A stretch of DNA of 64,000 bases from Alphaproteobacteria bacterium (lineage in GTDB: Bacteria > Pseudomonadota > Alphaproteobacteria > 16-39-46). Position numbers and translations under genes: made by a program. The stretch lies in the NCBI GenBank assembly GCA_018401675.1, contig JAGYKM010000002.1, positions 2,871 to 66,870 of the forward strand, read 5' to 3'. The notes below the pieces were generated by a model, which worked only from the letters and a program-made list of their open reading frames with translations, made no database searches and had not been told where the DNA came from. Positions 1 through 11,574 of the stretch are shown here, in pieces (position 1 is the stretch's first letter; each line of letters starts with the position of its first letter).

Positions 1-414
1 GAGACCTACTTCACAAACAGAAGTCATAAATATGAGCGTTTCGCAAGCCTGCTCTCTCCCTAACGATCCCCCTACTGCTTACAGTGGAGATAAAAATACT
101 TGGCCTTTTATTATTTTTCTAAAGCCTTCAATCAAACAGCTCTGTGCCCTATGGAACAAGGCTTAAAGAGAACTTAGGAAGGAAGAAAGCCCATAGATTT
201 AAAGCTCACATACCCCATAGAATCATTAATTTTAATTATTCATCAGTTTGGGACTGGAATTTCGGTATTAGGTAGAGTACACCTTGATACGGTGGAATTC
301 TTTCTTATTTGCAATTAATCCTTTACTTGTAAAGGACTAAGAAGAATTTCACCACTTTTTCATATCATATCTCTATTAACCCTTGGCTCCCTTTTTTGAA
401 AGACCCTTTGCTGA

Positions 415-1185
415 ATGACTCATCCTACTGAATCTGAACTGATTATCCGCCATAAGGCTTCTTCCTTCACTTCTATGGAACACGCAGGTCGTCTCGCCTC
501 CCAAGTTCTGGACTTCCTAACCCCTCATGTTATTCCCGGCATATCTACGGATGAGCTTAATACCCTAGCTCATAACTTCATCATAGACCATGAGGCAATC
601 CCCGCTCCATTAAACTATCACGGTTTTCCTAAATCCATATGCACGTCCCTCAATAACGTCGTGTGCCACGGTATTCCTGGCCAAAAAAAACTCATCGAGG
701 GTGACATTCTGAATATCGACGTCACTGTCATTAAAGAGGGATGGTATGGAGACACAAGTCGCATGTTCGCCGTGGGTGCGGTCAGTAAAAAAGCGCAACG
801 ACTTATGTCCGTAACCAACGAGTGTCTTATGAAGGCTATTGAAGCGGTAAAGCCCGGCATTCACCTTGGAGATATTGGACACATTATTCAAAGTCATGCA
901 GAAACTGCAGGGTTTAGCGTGGTCCGAGATTTTTGTGGACATGGCATTGGTGAATTTTTCCATGGGGCTCCCACGGTTCTTCATTACGGTACGCCCCACA
1001 CCGGATTGGTTCTAGAAGAAGGCATGTTCTTCACCATTGAGCCTATGATCAATGCTGGAAAGTTTCCTACTAAAATTCTCGATGACGGATGGACAGCCGT
1101 CACCCGGGATGGCTCCTTATCGGCTCAATACGAGCACACTATTGGAGTTACCCAGACAGGGTGTACTATCTTCACCGTATCCTGA
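415..1185 (+). CDS. map: methionine aminopeptidase type I (M24A)
   Basis: 256-aa ORF. The translation shows Map hallmarks: GHGIG..FH, the metal-ligand D/D/H/E/E pattern, and the LEEGM..TIEP motif. Confidence 0.9.
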   Translation: MTHPTESELIIRHKASSFTSMEHAGRLASQVLDFLTPHVIPGISTDELNTLAHNFIIDHEAIPAPLNYHGFPKSICTSLNNVVCHGIPGQKKLIEGDILNIDVTVIKEGWYGDTSRMFAVGAVSKKAQRLMSVTNECLMKAIEAVKPGIHLGDIGHIIQSHAETAGFSVVRDFCGHGIGEFFHGAPTVLHYGTPHTGLVLEEGMFFTIEPMINAGKFPTKILDDGWTAVTRDGSLSAQYEHTIGVTQTGCTIFTVS

Positions 1186-1205
1186 TCTTGCCAAATAGTT
1201 ATGAC

Positions 1206-2582
1206 TCACGAAGCTTTAGGGTTTTTCGTGGAGGGAGATTCTGAGGTTAAAACCTCCACTGGCTTCTCTAGAGGACTCTCATCGTCTTGTTCCACCACAT
1301 CCAGAGACGGCAAATCAGTAGACGTTTTAAGGGCTTCAAATTTTCGGGCGGTCTTTATCACCCTATTTTCATAGCGCGATAGGGTATCATTGTAGGCTTC
1401 AGAGGCAGAAGCAATGCTTTTTCCTACCCGAGCAAAGTGCTTTTCCATTTCACTGAGCCGTTTGTATAATTCATGACCCAAGTGCGCAATTTTTTGGGCA
1501 TTTTCAGAAATGGTTTCTTGTCGCCATCCGTAACTAATGGTTCGAAGCAAAGAAATCAGCGTTGTAGGTGTGGCGAGAATTACTTTTTGTTCCACGCCCA
1601 TCTCTATCAAGGAAGGATCTTGATCTAAAGCCGCGCTAAAAAAAGATTCCCCAGGCAAGAAGAGAACCACAAATTCTGGCGTATGCTTAAATTGATCCCA
1701 ATAAGCTCTTTGGGACAATAACTGAATATGGGTTTTCACATGACGCGCGTGGGCCTTAAGTTTATCTTTTCGAGCGTCTTCATCTTGAGCATCTAAAGAA
1801 TCCAAAAATGCCATCAGCGGAACTTTTGCATCAATAACCACAGTCTTATTGCCCGGAAGGCGTACAATCATATCCGGACGACTCTTCTTAAACTCGGAAG
1901 ACGTTGTCTCTTTTTGCTCGTAAAAATCACAATGGGAAAGCATTCCAGCCATTTCAACCACACGCCGGAGTTGCATTTCGCCCCACCTGCCCCGCACATG
2001 AGGAGTTCGCAAGGCTTGCACAAGGTTTAGGGTTTCTTTTTTAAGTTCGTTTTGGGCGCCAAACAAACCCCGGATCTGCTCTTTAAGGCCCTCATAGGCC
2101 CCCATACGGGTTTTTTCTACTTCTTGCAACTTGCCATCCAAAGATTGCAACGAGGCCTTTAGCGGGGTCACCAAATCATCTAGGGTTTTATGACGAACTT
2201 GGAATTCCCCTCGGGACTTTTCGTAGATTCCTTCGAATGCTCCCTTAGCTAATTGGATAAATGAGGCTGAGTTCGCGCTTAACGCATCCGCCGAGAGTGC
2301 CTTAAAAGTCGTCATCAATTTCGCTTCATTTTCTTGCAAGAAAATAATACGTTCCTCAAGCCCTTGGCATTTCGTCTCCCACACGGTTTTTTCTTGAAGG
2401 GTATTCGACAAATCTTGTCTTAAAAAATTAAGGGCTTCTTCGTTCTTTAAAGCCTCTTTTTCAAAATATGAAAGAGCCTTTCCGTCTTTTTGCCATTTTA
2501 TAAAAAAAACTAAAAGAGCCCCTGTCATCCCTAGGCCATATATCATTAAACTCACTTGTATCCAGCTCACATTAGCTCCCAT
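1206..2582 (-). CDS. rmuC: DNA recombination protein RmuC
   Basis: 458-aa ORF. It has an N-terminal TM helix, a long coiled-coil region, and a conserved RmuC C-terminal nuclease-like domain (VVIDAKVPL...FVVLFLPGE). Confidence 0.8.
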   Translation of the reverse strand: MGANVSWIQVSLMIYGLGMTGALLVFFIKWQKDGKALSYFEKEALKNEEALNFLRQDLSNTLQEKTVWETKCQGLEERIIFLQENEAKLMTTFKALSADALSANSASFIQLAKGAFEGIYEKSRGEFQVRHKTLDDLVTPLKASLQSLDGKLQEVEKTRMGAYEGLKEQIRGLFGAQNELKKETLNLVQALRTPHVRGRWGEMQLRRVVEMAGMLSHCDFYEQKETTSSEFKKSRPDMIVRLPGNKTVVIDAKVPLMAFLDSLDAQDEDARKDKLKAHARHVKTHIQLLSQRAYWDQFKHTPEFVVLFLPGESFFSAALDQDPSLIEMGVEQKVILATPTTLISLLRTISYGWRQETISENAQKIAHLGHELYKRLSEMEKHFARVGKSIASASEAYNDTLSRYENRVIKTARKFEALKTSTDLPSLDVVEQDDESPLEKPVEVLTSESPSTKNPKAS

Positions 2583-2739
2583 TTTTACAAAAGTTTTTCG
2601 TCTCCATGAATACCCTATGGCTTTTAGAACCCGTATGGTCTATTACACCTTATAGGACCTTTCTAACCACAACAACTGGGTAATCCATGTTGCCCCCTAT
2701 CTTTGATTTTATCGAGTCCTTTTTCCCTTTATTTCAGCC

Positions 2740-4011
2740 TTGGAAGGAGACAAATCAGTGCAAATTCAAGGACTTTTAGGCATTGTCTTTTTTTTAAGTC
2801 TCTGCTGGATTGTTAGCGAAAATCGCTCCCAGGTCAAATTCAAGAACATTCTTCTAGGTCTCAGCATGCAAATAGGCATTGCTCTGGTACTCACTGAAAT
2901 ACCCTATATACAGCACATTTTTTTTAAATTAGGCCACCTTATTGCTCTCATAAAAGAAGCCACTCTGGAAGGCACCATGTTTGTCTTCGGCTACATAGGT
3001 GGGGGTGATCTTCCTTATGTGGTGAAAGAAGGTGGCAACACCTTCAGCTTGGCTTTCCAAGCACTCCCCATGATTTTCGTCGTCAGCTCCTTGTCCATGC
3101 TCTTATTCTACTGGAAAATCCTACCCATGGTGGTCAAAATGTTCTCCTGGGGTCTTCAAAAAACCCTAGGTATTGGTGGCGCTTTAGGGGTTTGTGGTGC
3201 TGCCAAGGTGTTCTTAGGGCAAACAGAAGCCCCACTTCTAATTAGGCCTTACCTCACTCAATTAAGCCGTAGCGAACTTTTTACCGTCATGACTTTAGGC
3301 ATGGCCACAACTTCCGGGACTATTATGGCGCTGTATGCGGCTTTACTCGATGCCACCTTACCCCACGTTCTCTCTCATATATTGACAGCCTCCATTATAA
3401 GCGTTCCTGCGGCTATTACCCTTTCGCGTATCATGGTCCCTCAAGAGGGCCCAGTAACCTCCGGAGAGCTGGTTATGCCCTTTGAGTTCACCAGTTCTAT
3501 GGATGCTATTTCTAAAGGGGCCTCAGACGGCATTAAGATGTTTATTAATATCGTAGCCGTTTTAATCGTTTTCGTGGCTTTTGTGGCGCTTTTAAATAAA
3601 ATCATGGGCCTTATGCTGCCGCCGGTTTTCGGGGATCCTCTCACTTTGCAGCGTATTTTAGGAGCCCTCATAGCCCCATTAGCATGGCTCATGGGTATTC
3701 CTTGGGCAGAAGCTAAAATAGCTGGTAGTCTCTTAGGTACCAAAACCATTCTTAATGAGATTTATGCCTTTTCAGAGCTGGCGCAACTTCCCTTAACAGC
3801 GCTCAGTGCCCATACGCGCCTCATCATGATTTATGCTCTGTGTGGTTTTGCTAACTTTTCGAGTATTGGCATTCAAATTGGTGCTTTGGGGACTTTGGCC
3901 CCTGAGAGACGGCGGGACGTGATTTCCTTGGGCTTTAAAGCCGTCTTTGCAGGAACGCTTTCCACTATGTTATCAGGAACCATTATCGGCCTTCTGGACT
4001 ATTTGCATTGA
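2740..4011 (+). CDS. NupC/CNT-family concentrative nucleoside transporter
   Basis: 423-aa polytopic membrane ORF. The N-terminal ([16 protein letters not shown]) and C-terminal ([21 protein letters not shown]) signatures are typical of NupC. Confidence 0.8.
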   Translation: MEGDKSVQIQGLLGIVFFLSLCWIVSENRSQVKFKNILLGLSMQIGIALVLTEIPYIQHIFFKLGHLIALIKEATLEGTMFVFGYIGGGDLPYVVKEGGNTFSLAFQALPMIFVVSSLSMLLFYWKILPMVVKMFSWGLQKTLGIGGALGVCGAAKVFLGQTEAPLLIRPYLTQLSRSELFTVMTLGMATTSGTIMALYAALLDATLPHVLSHILTASIISVPAAITLSRIMVPQEGPVTSGELVMPFEFTSSMDAISKGASDGIKMFINIVAVLIVFVAFVALLNKIMGLMLPPVFGDPLTLQRILGALIAPLAWLMGIPWAEAKIAGSLLGTKTILNEIYAFSELAQLPLTALSAHTRLIMIYALCGFANFSSIGIQIGALGTLAPERRRDVISLGFKAVFAGTLSTMLSGTIIGLLDYLH

Positions 4012-6197
4012 CAGTACATCCTCTTTCTCCTCCACCTTTTTGTACGCTTGATTTATGTTCTGGTCTCAACGACCCTCAATCTGAAGCCGTTTTGCACTTA
4101 GAAAGTCCGTTGCTTATTTTGGCAGGAGCAGGTACGGGAAAAACCCGGGTACTCACCACACGTATTGCCCACATTCTTTCTACCTATCAAGCCTATCCTT
4201 CTGAGATCCTCGCCGTTACTTTCACAAATAAAGCCGCCTCAGAAATGCGCACCCGTGTGGCTTCTGCGTTAGCCGCGATGTGGAAGGACTATGGTTAGGC
4301 ACATTCCACTTTATGTGCAAGATCGTTAAGACGCCATGCTGAGCTGGTTAATCTTACCCCTAACTTTACTATCTTAAACACCGACGACCAAATTCGTCTT
4401 TTAAAAGGATTAATAAAAGCAGCCAATATTGACGATCGCGCCTATCCTGCCCGGGCCTATTCTCATCTTATTGGTCGGTATAAAGACCGTGGGTTAGGGC
4501 CTTCAGAAGACCCCTTGAGTCAAGGAACGCTCCCATCGTTTCAAAATATTTATTCCCAATATCAAGAGCGATTGCGCATACTTAATGCGGTAGATTTTGG
4601 GGATCTTATCCTTCATATGATCACTATTTTAAAAAATCACCCAGATGTGCTGGCTTACTATCATAAGAAATTTAAATTTATCCTTGTTGATGAGTATCAA
4701 GACACCAACGTGGCTCAGTATTTATGGTTACGCCTTCTTGCCCAAAATGGTCAGCCCATTTGTTGTGTGGGAGATGATGATCAGTCTATCTATGGGTGGA
4801 GAGGCGCCGAAATAAAAAATATATTGCGGTTTGAAAAAGATTTTCCCGGCGCCAAAACAATCCGCTTAGAACAAAATTACCGCTCTACGCCTCATATACT
4901 GGGAGCGGCTTCCTCTTTGATCTCACAAAATAGTGAACGCTTGGGTAAAACCTTGTGGACTGAAGTGCCAGAAGGAGAAAAAATTCGCGTCACTGGTGTT
5001 TGGAGTTCAGACGAAGAGGCTCGGTTTGTATGTGACGAAATAGAGAATCTTCATCGAAAAAAACATCTCTTATCCCAGATGGCTATTCTTGTTCGAGCGG
5101 GGTTTCAAACCCGGTCTTTCGAAGAAAGACTTATCAGTCTGGGTATTCCTTATCGCGTCATTGGGGGAGCGCGCTTCTATGAACGCCTGGAGATTCGAGA
5201 TGCGATTGCTTACTTAAGAATAGTGATGCAGCCTCGAGATGGGTTAGCCTTTGAGAGAATTTTGAACACCCCTCGCCGAGGCATAGGTCCCACCACTTTA
5301 CAGGTTCTCCATGATATAGCCCGCCAAAATGAGTGCTCCTTACCTGAAGCGGCTTTTGCTGCCTTGCAAGAAGGTCAGTTAAAAGGGGCTGCATGCAAGG
5401 GGTTAAAGGACTTGTTGTTCAACTTAGAACGGTGGCGTCAACAAACACCTCAAGAAAAACCAGCGGACATGGCCAAGCTCATTTTAGATGAATCTGGCTA
5501 TACGGGCATGTGGCGACAAGATAAATCTCCTGAGGCTCCAGGTCGCTTAGAGAACTTAAAAGAGTTTGTTGCAGCCATTCAGGAATTTCCTACCTTAGCA
5601 GGGTTTCTGGAACATATTTCCTTAGTGATGGAAAATACCCGAGACACTCAAGAAGACCAAGTTCTTCTCATGACACTCCATGGATCAAAAGGATTGGAGT
5701 TTGAAACAGTCTTCTTAGCAGGGTGGGAAGAGAACGTATTTCCCCATGGGCGTGTCCTCAGTGAAGAAGGTACGTTAGGGCTTGAAGAAGAGCGACGTCT
5801 TGCTTACGTAGGGATAACCCGTGCCCGCGCACGTTTGTTTATTACCTATGCGATTAATCGCCAAATTTATAACCAATGGGTCTCCTCTATACCTTCCCGA
5901 TTTTTATCCGAAATTGACCCCCAACACCTCCTATGGGAAAGTAAAGAAAGTACAAGTCACGGGTCCCAAAACACCTATGACTTAGGGCAGACCAGCTCTT
6001 TTTCCAAGGCAGAAAGAAAAGCCTCCTCTCCTGCTCCCGCATTACTTTCTGGCTTCAGCCGCAAAGGAGAGCGGGTGTTCCACGACAAATTTGGGTATGG
6101 CTCTATTCTCTCCACCGCAGGGAATAGTTCCGAGGTTTCTTTTGACAAAGCTGGCGTTAAGAAAATTATGACGTCTTTCCTTAAATCCACCCCATGA
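4008..6197 (+). pseudogene. uvrD: UvrD-family DNA helicase II, interrupted
   Basis: An N-terminal Walker A fragment ([14 protein letters not shown] 4008-4298) ends at an in-frame TAG at 4296-4298. The conserved GLWLGTFH motif is readable only in the -1 frame at 4286-4309. The original frame resumes as HSTLCARSLRRHAEL... and continues through the 560-aa ORF to the UvrD C-terminal RVFHDKFGYG tail. Two compensating 1-nt indels lie about 30 nt apart. Confidence 0.75.
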
Positions 6198-6206
6198 GAT
6201 ATACTT

Positions 6207-7145
6207 ATGACCTCATCTCCTTCCTATGAGACTATCACCCTTATTTTGCCCTCTCCTGATTGGGAAATCTGTGAAGCTCTTTTGCATGACCATTGCAGTG
6301 CAGTAAGCACCTTTATGGATCCTGACTCGTCTGGTTGCTGGACTCTGGTAGGCATCTTTGAAAAAAAACCTGATGCGGACTTTGCTTCTGCTTTTCTTCA
6401 AGAAGCCCACTCCAAAGGGGTCTATCTTGATCCAGAAGATCTTGTTATTACTCCTTTAGAAAATATCGATTGGCTCCGTCAAATTTCCTTGGATTTTCCA
6501 GCTTTTTCAGTAGAAAATTTTTGGATTCATGGGACCCATATTTCCGAAAATTGTCCTAAGGATCACCTTGAACTCATCATAAATGCTGCCACGGCCTTTG
6601 GTTCAGGGGAACATGAAACGACGAAAGGCTGTTTGATCCTCCTCAAGGCACTTCTGGATAGTAAAAAAATAACTATGAACGGCCCTCGGGTTTTAGATAT
6701 GGGATGCGGCTCAGGCATTTTGCTTATTGCTCTGGCAACATACCTGGTTCATCAAAACACCGAGAGTCCATCTTCTGACCACAAAGAGCCCTTTTTACTG
6801 GGTGTAGACAGTGATCCAGAAGCCATCTCTGTCTCGATAGAGAATGGCGTTTTTAATCAAGTTTCGTCTCTCGTCTCTTTTCAACAGAGTACCGGGTTTG
6901 AAACCATGGGATCTTGCACTGAAAACTTTGATCTGATATTTGCCAATATTGTTCTTTCTCCTTTGCAAGCCCTTCGGGATGATTTTAGAAAAGCTTTGAA
7001 ACCGGAAGGTTATCTCATTCTATCAGGTCTTTTGCAAACCCAAGTAGATGGCCTTCTCCAAGGTTATTTACCCTTAGGCTTTGAGCTCATTGAATCGACC
7101 TTCTTAGGAGAATGGGCGAGCTTACTTTTGCAAAAAACTCCCTAA
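6207..7145 (+). CDS. prmA: ribosomal protein L11 methyltransferase
   Basis: 312-aa ORF carrying the PrmA motifs FGSGEHETT and VLDMGCGSGILLIA (SAM-binding). Confidence 0.8.
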   Translation: MTSSPSYETITLILPSPDWEICEALLHDHCSAVSTFMDPDSSGCWTLVGIFEKKPDADFASAFLQEAHSKGVYLDPEDLVITPLENIDWLRQISLDFPAFSVENFWIHGTHISENCPKDHLELIINAATAFGSGEHETTKGCLILLKALLDSKKITMNGPRVLDMGCGSGILLIALATYLVHQNTESPSSDHKEPFLLGVDSDPEAISVSIENGVFNQVSSLVSFQQSTGFETMGSCTENFDLIFANIVLSPLQALRDDFRKALKPEGYLILSGLLQTQVDGLLQGYLPLGFELIESTFLGEWASLLLQKTP

Positions 7146-7191
7146 AGGATTGACTATAACTCTTAAGTGATTCTGTTTCTTATTAGTAAAT

Positions 7192-8301
7192 TCAAACAGA
7201 GTCCGTTTTTTCCTTCAAAGCTTTTCCATCCAGAAGATAGCAAGGTAAAGGCCCGGATATGGAGTGAATCGTATCGGGAAAATCTGTCTTAATACCGTCT
7301 AATGGAATAAAACGCGGATTCACACAAGGTTCACCGTTCTCATAGGATACATTGAATAGAGCCACCACATCTACATCAGGGATAAGAGTAGATTCTTCTG
7401 AATCGGTAAATACAGTAGTCATGGACATGAATGATTCAGCATCTGGATACATATCAACAATTGCCTCAAACTCACTTATTTTAACAGTTTCCTGACCTAT
7501 AAGTGACTCAGGAAGCTGGCTTATAAGACTGGGTCCAATAAGGGAAAACTGGCTATAGGTTTCGCTTTTGTCATAAAAAGATAACTCCTTCCAGCAAGGC
7601 ATTTCCCACCCTCGGGTGCCCACCGGCTCGAAATCACCACTAGAGCTCAAAAGATAAGGCTTTCCATTGAGTATCTTGGCTTCTGTAGTTTCAAAAACCT
7701 CCAGTACTGCCTTAATCGTTTTTTCTAGGCTCATTTTGTGAGAGCCATCCACCACAAAAATTTGATCAGTTGCAGGTATAAATATCCACGGAGATGAAGT
7801 CAGCTTAAGAACTGCCTCTAATTGGGCAAGATATATATGAGGACCTAAAACTTGGGAGCTCGATATTTTCCAAGCATGAGAACTAATTTTTTCTTGTTTT
7901 AAAGCCTGGACATCCAAGTTATTCTTCCCTGCCTCAAAGGCTTCTTGAAAAGAAACCCCCCAGCAATCCAAATCGTTTTGATTTACCCACCGCAAGCAAT
8001 CTCCCATATCTACCATTAGGGCATACCCTAATTCATCATTGAGTGCCACAAAACAGGGTGTCAAAGAGTTGATAAGCTCTTCAGACAGATCTTCTTCAAG
8101 AATACCATTCTCGTTTAAATCGGCGAGAGTCCCTGCTGTAATACCAACAAAATGAGACAAGGGGGCATACCTAATAAGCAATAAATCCTTTATATCACCA
8201 AAATTATTTGAATAACTCTCCCCATCATGCAAGCCATGGTCCTTAGACCTATTATCTATCATTCCTCTCCACACTCTGCCTATCCAAGATCCCATAACCA
8301 C
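7192..8301 (-). CDS. hypothetical protein
   Basis: 369-aa ORF with coding-like composition. No family was recognised by eye. Confidence 0.45.
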   Translation of the reverse strand: MVMGSWIGRVWRGMIDNRSKDHGLHDGESYSNNFGDIKDLLLIRYAPLSHFVGITAGTLADLNENGILEEDLSEELINSLTPCFVALNDELGYALMVDMGDCLRWVNQNDLDCWGVSFQEAFEAGKNNLDVQALKQEKISSHAWKISSSQVLGPHIYLAQLEAVLKLTSSPWIFIPATDQIFVVDGSHKMSLEKTIKAVLEVFETTEAKILNGKPYLLSSSGDFEPVGTRGWEMPCWKELSFYDKSETYSQFSLIGPSLISQLPESLIGQETVKISEFEAIVDMYPDAESFMSMTTVFTDSEESTLIPDVDVVALFNVSYENGEPCVNPRFIPLDGIKTDFPDTIHSISGPLPCYLLDGKALKEKTDSV

Positions 8302-9433
8302 CTCCTTTTAGCCTTGAAAATAATAATTCTACCCACATTACAACCCATTTGTCATCTTACTAGGCAAGAATTCAGGACTTTTAATAAACTAAGACCCCAA
8401 GTAGTCAGCCTTGACTTAGCTTTATAAACAACTAGCCCTCCAAAGAAAACCCCTCATGACTGGTCAAAATCAAGGTGCCATCTTGAGCGCCCTTTGAATA
8501 AATGAATGCCTATCCTCTCCATAAAGACTTGAAAGGAACAGCCCCTATGAGGTACATATCTTCAACATACTTTCGAGGCATAGTTGTCTCTAGTCCTTAG
8601 GCCAAGTTGACGTAGGTCATGGGATAGGGAAATATAATAAACAGCGACCTCATAGTGAAAAGTATTGTTATGGAAAAACACCCATGAAGGCCTTACGCGA
8701 AGCAAAATATTTAGAACTAGAAAAGAAAATTGCTTGCGCTGAATTATCGGACAGAACCACTCATGGTACAGAAGCTGCCTGGTAACTATATGTCAGATTA
8801 AGTATAGTATTCCCCATATGTAATACACTAAACTTAATCTGACTAATTTGATAAAAAAAGCAACAAAAGAAGGAGTGTGCGAGTTCGTATCCTATGACGA
8901 TCACCCCTATCGAACATGAGCTTTAAGGTTCTGTTTTCTTTTCGTCCGTAAAGCTGAGAGAGAGTTAAAAATAAGGCCACTTCCTTTTAAGAAGGTTAAG
9001 ATACGGCCCACCGTACTTTCGCTGATGATCATGATCTCGTCTCAAGATAATGGAAATTTCTCCTTACCCTAGGTAAGATTGGCTCTATGAATGCTTAGGA
9101 CCAGTTGTTTATGACCTTTGCCCCGTGGAGGTTTATTAAGCTTTTTAGGCCTTTTAGAAGGAGAGGAAATGCCCTTTAGAAGCCTCTGGAGGGGACCCTT
9201 GCGTCTGTAGTAGGTGGGTTCGAGAGATACCTGTCAGGTCCTGGCAGATATTGATACAAACACCTTCTTTCCTAAGTTTTTCCCATAGAAAAATCTTCTC
9301 TTGATAACGTTTTTTATACTATTTTGCCTTACATCTATCTGGACTCCTGGAAGGTATTGTTGGCTAGGCTCCAACGTGCTATTCCCTAGACGTCCTTGTT
9401 TTGTATTTTTAAGAGAGTTAAGAGGTATTCCCC

Positions 9434-9733
9434 ATGACTGATTCACCCCCATTTTCACCTTCACCTTCACCCTCAGCTTCCACTTCAGCTCAAGCGGGCG
9501 GCATTGCTGGTGATCGCTTAAGAAGCTTTATAGAGCGTATCGAACGCCTTGAAATGGAAAAAGCACAAACCCAAGATTTTATAAAAGAAGTTTTTGATGA
9601 AGCCAAAGCCACTGGGTTTGATATCAAAATTATGCGACAAATTATTCGGTTGCGTAAACTCGATGCCGATGCCATCGCAGAACAAGATCACCTTTTAGAT
9701 CTTTATAAACAAGCTTTGGGAATGATTGCCTAA
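9434..9733 (+). CDS. gapR: GapR/DUF2312-family nucleoid-associated protein
   Basis: 99-aa ORF. Its core (FIERIERLE.EK....D.KEV..EAK..GFD.K..RQIIRLRK.D..E..E...LLD.Y..ALGM) matches DUF2312/GapR. An extra S/P-rich N-terminal tail is present. Confidence 0.8.
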   Translation: MTDSPPFSPSPSPSASTSAQAGGIAGDRLRSFIERIERLEMEKAQTQDFIKEVFDEAKATGFDIKIMRQIIRLRKLDADAIAEQDHLLDLYKQALGMIA

Positions 9734-11534
9734 ATGGCCTTTGTTTGATCTTTCAGCCAACGATAGACCTCTTTTGTAACAAGAGGTTCTAGGGTTGTTT
9801 GAACTTCTTGGTGGTAGGTATTAATCCAACGAATTTCCTCTTGGGTAATCTTGCTCATATCTATAAGCGCACTTTGGTATGGGACCCGGGTAAGGGTTTT
9901 GAAGTGATAGAAGTTTTCCTTGGGTGAGAGCTCTACCATCATTAAATTTTCTAAACGGATACCAAAAGCACCCTCGGGGTAATAGCCGGGTTCATTGGAT
10001 ACCACCATCCCGGGAACCAAAGCTATTTGAGATCCTCTTTGGCTAATGCCTTGAGGGCCTTCGTGCACATTCATAAAATGTCCTACGCCGTGACCAGTGC
10101 CGTGATTGTAATTCCAGCCACGTGCCCAAAGAAACTGGCGCGCCAGCACATCGAGATGAGCGCCTGTAGTTCCTTTTGGAAAACGCACTGAGGCCAAAGC
10201 AATATGCCCTTTGAGTACCGCAGTATAGGCATCAATAATTTCCTTTGGGGGTATTTGAGATCCCACCCAGACCGTTCGTGTCACATCGGTTGTGCCGTCA
10301 AGATATTGTCCACCCGAATCAATCAAAACGAGTTCGTTTTCTCCCAGCTCTCGGTCCGTCTCAGGGCTTGGATGATAATGAATAATAGCCCCGTTGGGAC
10401 CGAAACCCACAATGGTTTGAAAACTAGGAGATACATACAAATCAAACCCACTCCTTGACTCATCCACCTTAGCCGCCAAACCAGATTCAGTCAAAGTACG
10501 GTGGTCTCGATCACCATCCAACAGCTCTTTTAAAACACTAACTAAAGCGGCCCCATCTTTCTTATGCGCTTGATCAACTTGATCACAAGCTCGAGGTCCT
10601 CGTACAGATTTTGGTCCCATACATAGATCTTCACCCCAAATTACGGCGCACGCTTCTTCTAGATAAGTCGCTACTGCTGAGGGTGTGGTTATAGGATCTG
10701 CCCAAAGAGATCCTGCAACCTCCTTCAAACGGAAATTCTGCTCATGAGAGGGTAAAAATCTGATCCTGGCACCAAAATAATCGTTGAGTTCTGCTGATAT
10801 TTTTTGGTCACTAAACACATCCACTGTCCCATCGGCATAGAGCACGCCACGTGCTAAAAAAAGTGGGGTGTAGGCAGTGTCAGTGCCCCGAAGGTTCAAA
10901 AGCCAGTTCAAGCTTTCTGGAGAGCTTAGGAAAAAACCCTCACATCCTTTTTGAGAGAGCGCCTGAGCTATAAAATCGCATTTCGAGCTAAAAGGCTGAT
11001 CCTCTTCTCCTTGGGTATACAGGTAAGGAGGGCTCTTAGAGTGGCCATCATGACAGGTTGTTTTAAACAAAACATCTATAGGATTAGGATCCATAGTCCG
11101 CCACTCTATGGCTTGTGCTGTATCTAATTTTTCAAATCTTCAAGACAATTTTTACTTATCAGAAGAGGATCAAATCCTAATATTAGTTTTTTTGAAGTTT
11201 TCTCAGGCTCATCTAAAAAGTCTTGTATGGATTTTTGAGTCCATAAAAAGACTTCCAGTGAGGGAGAGATCAAATTTTGAGCCTCCAGGATATATCTACC
11301 ATCTACAAAAAGGGCTGCTGCGTTTTCCAAGACAATCCCTAATCCAGCTGATCCTTTAAAATCAAATAAGACCTGGAGACGATTAGATTCTGGCGACGAG
11401 GGGGTGTTTTGGAATGAATCCGTATGAGGAATAATCATTCCTCCGTACCCGTGTTTTGTTAAATATTCTTGTAAGGCTTCTATAGGAGATCTCTCCGGTT
11501 TTTTTATAATTTTTTTTATAATAGAGTCGAGCAC
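9730..11534 (-). pseudogene. pepP: Xaa-Pro aminopeptidase (M24B, PepP-like), split by a frameshift
   Basis: The 136-aa ORF (11124-11534) is the creatinase/AMP_N N-terminal domain (HTDSFQ..GSAG..V......FVDGRYILEAQ). The 454-aa ORF (9730-11094) carries the M24 catalytic domain (HGTGHGVGHF.NVHEGP). The two parts are in different frames and about 30 nt apart. Confidence 0.75.
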
Positions 11535-11574
11535 GTCTCTAATCCTCCAACTAAGACCCCCTTAAGGAGATACA

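Noticed and set aside
610-999. Antisense and alternate-frame ORFs (129 aa, 80 aa) inside map. Similar nested ORFs occur inside nupC, leuS, vgrG, radA and others.
   Set aside because: Each is embedded within a strongly conserved gene on the other strand or frame. These are typical spurious six-frame ORFs.
4296-4298. In-frame TAG stops in uvrD and in the repeat gene (33784) could indicate UAG reassignment.
   Set aside because: The uvrD TAG lies within a stretch scrambled by compensating indels. Many normal genes in the window terminate cleanly. There is no support for genetic-code change.
9220-9250. The segment acctgtcaggtcctggcag resembles the SRP/4.5S RNA domain IV core (ccaggtcaggtccggaagg).
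   Set aside because: Only about 9 nt match. The flanking GGAAGGAAGCAGC consensus is absent on both strands. Too weak to call without a covariance-model search.
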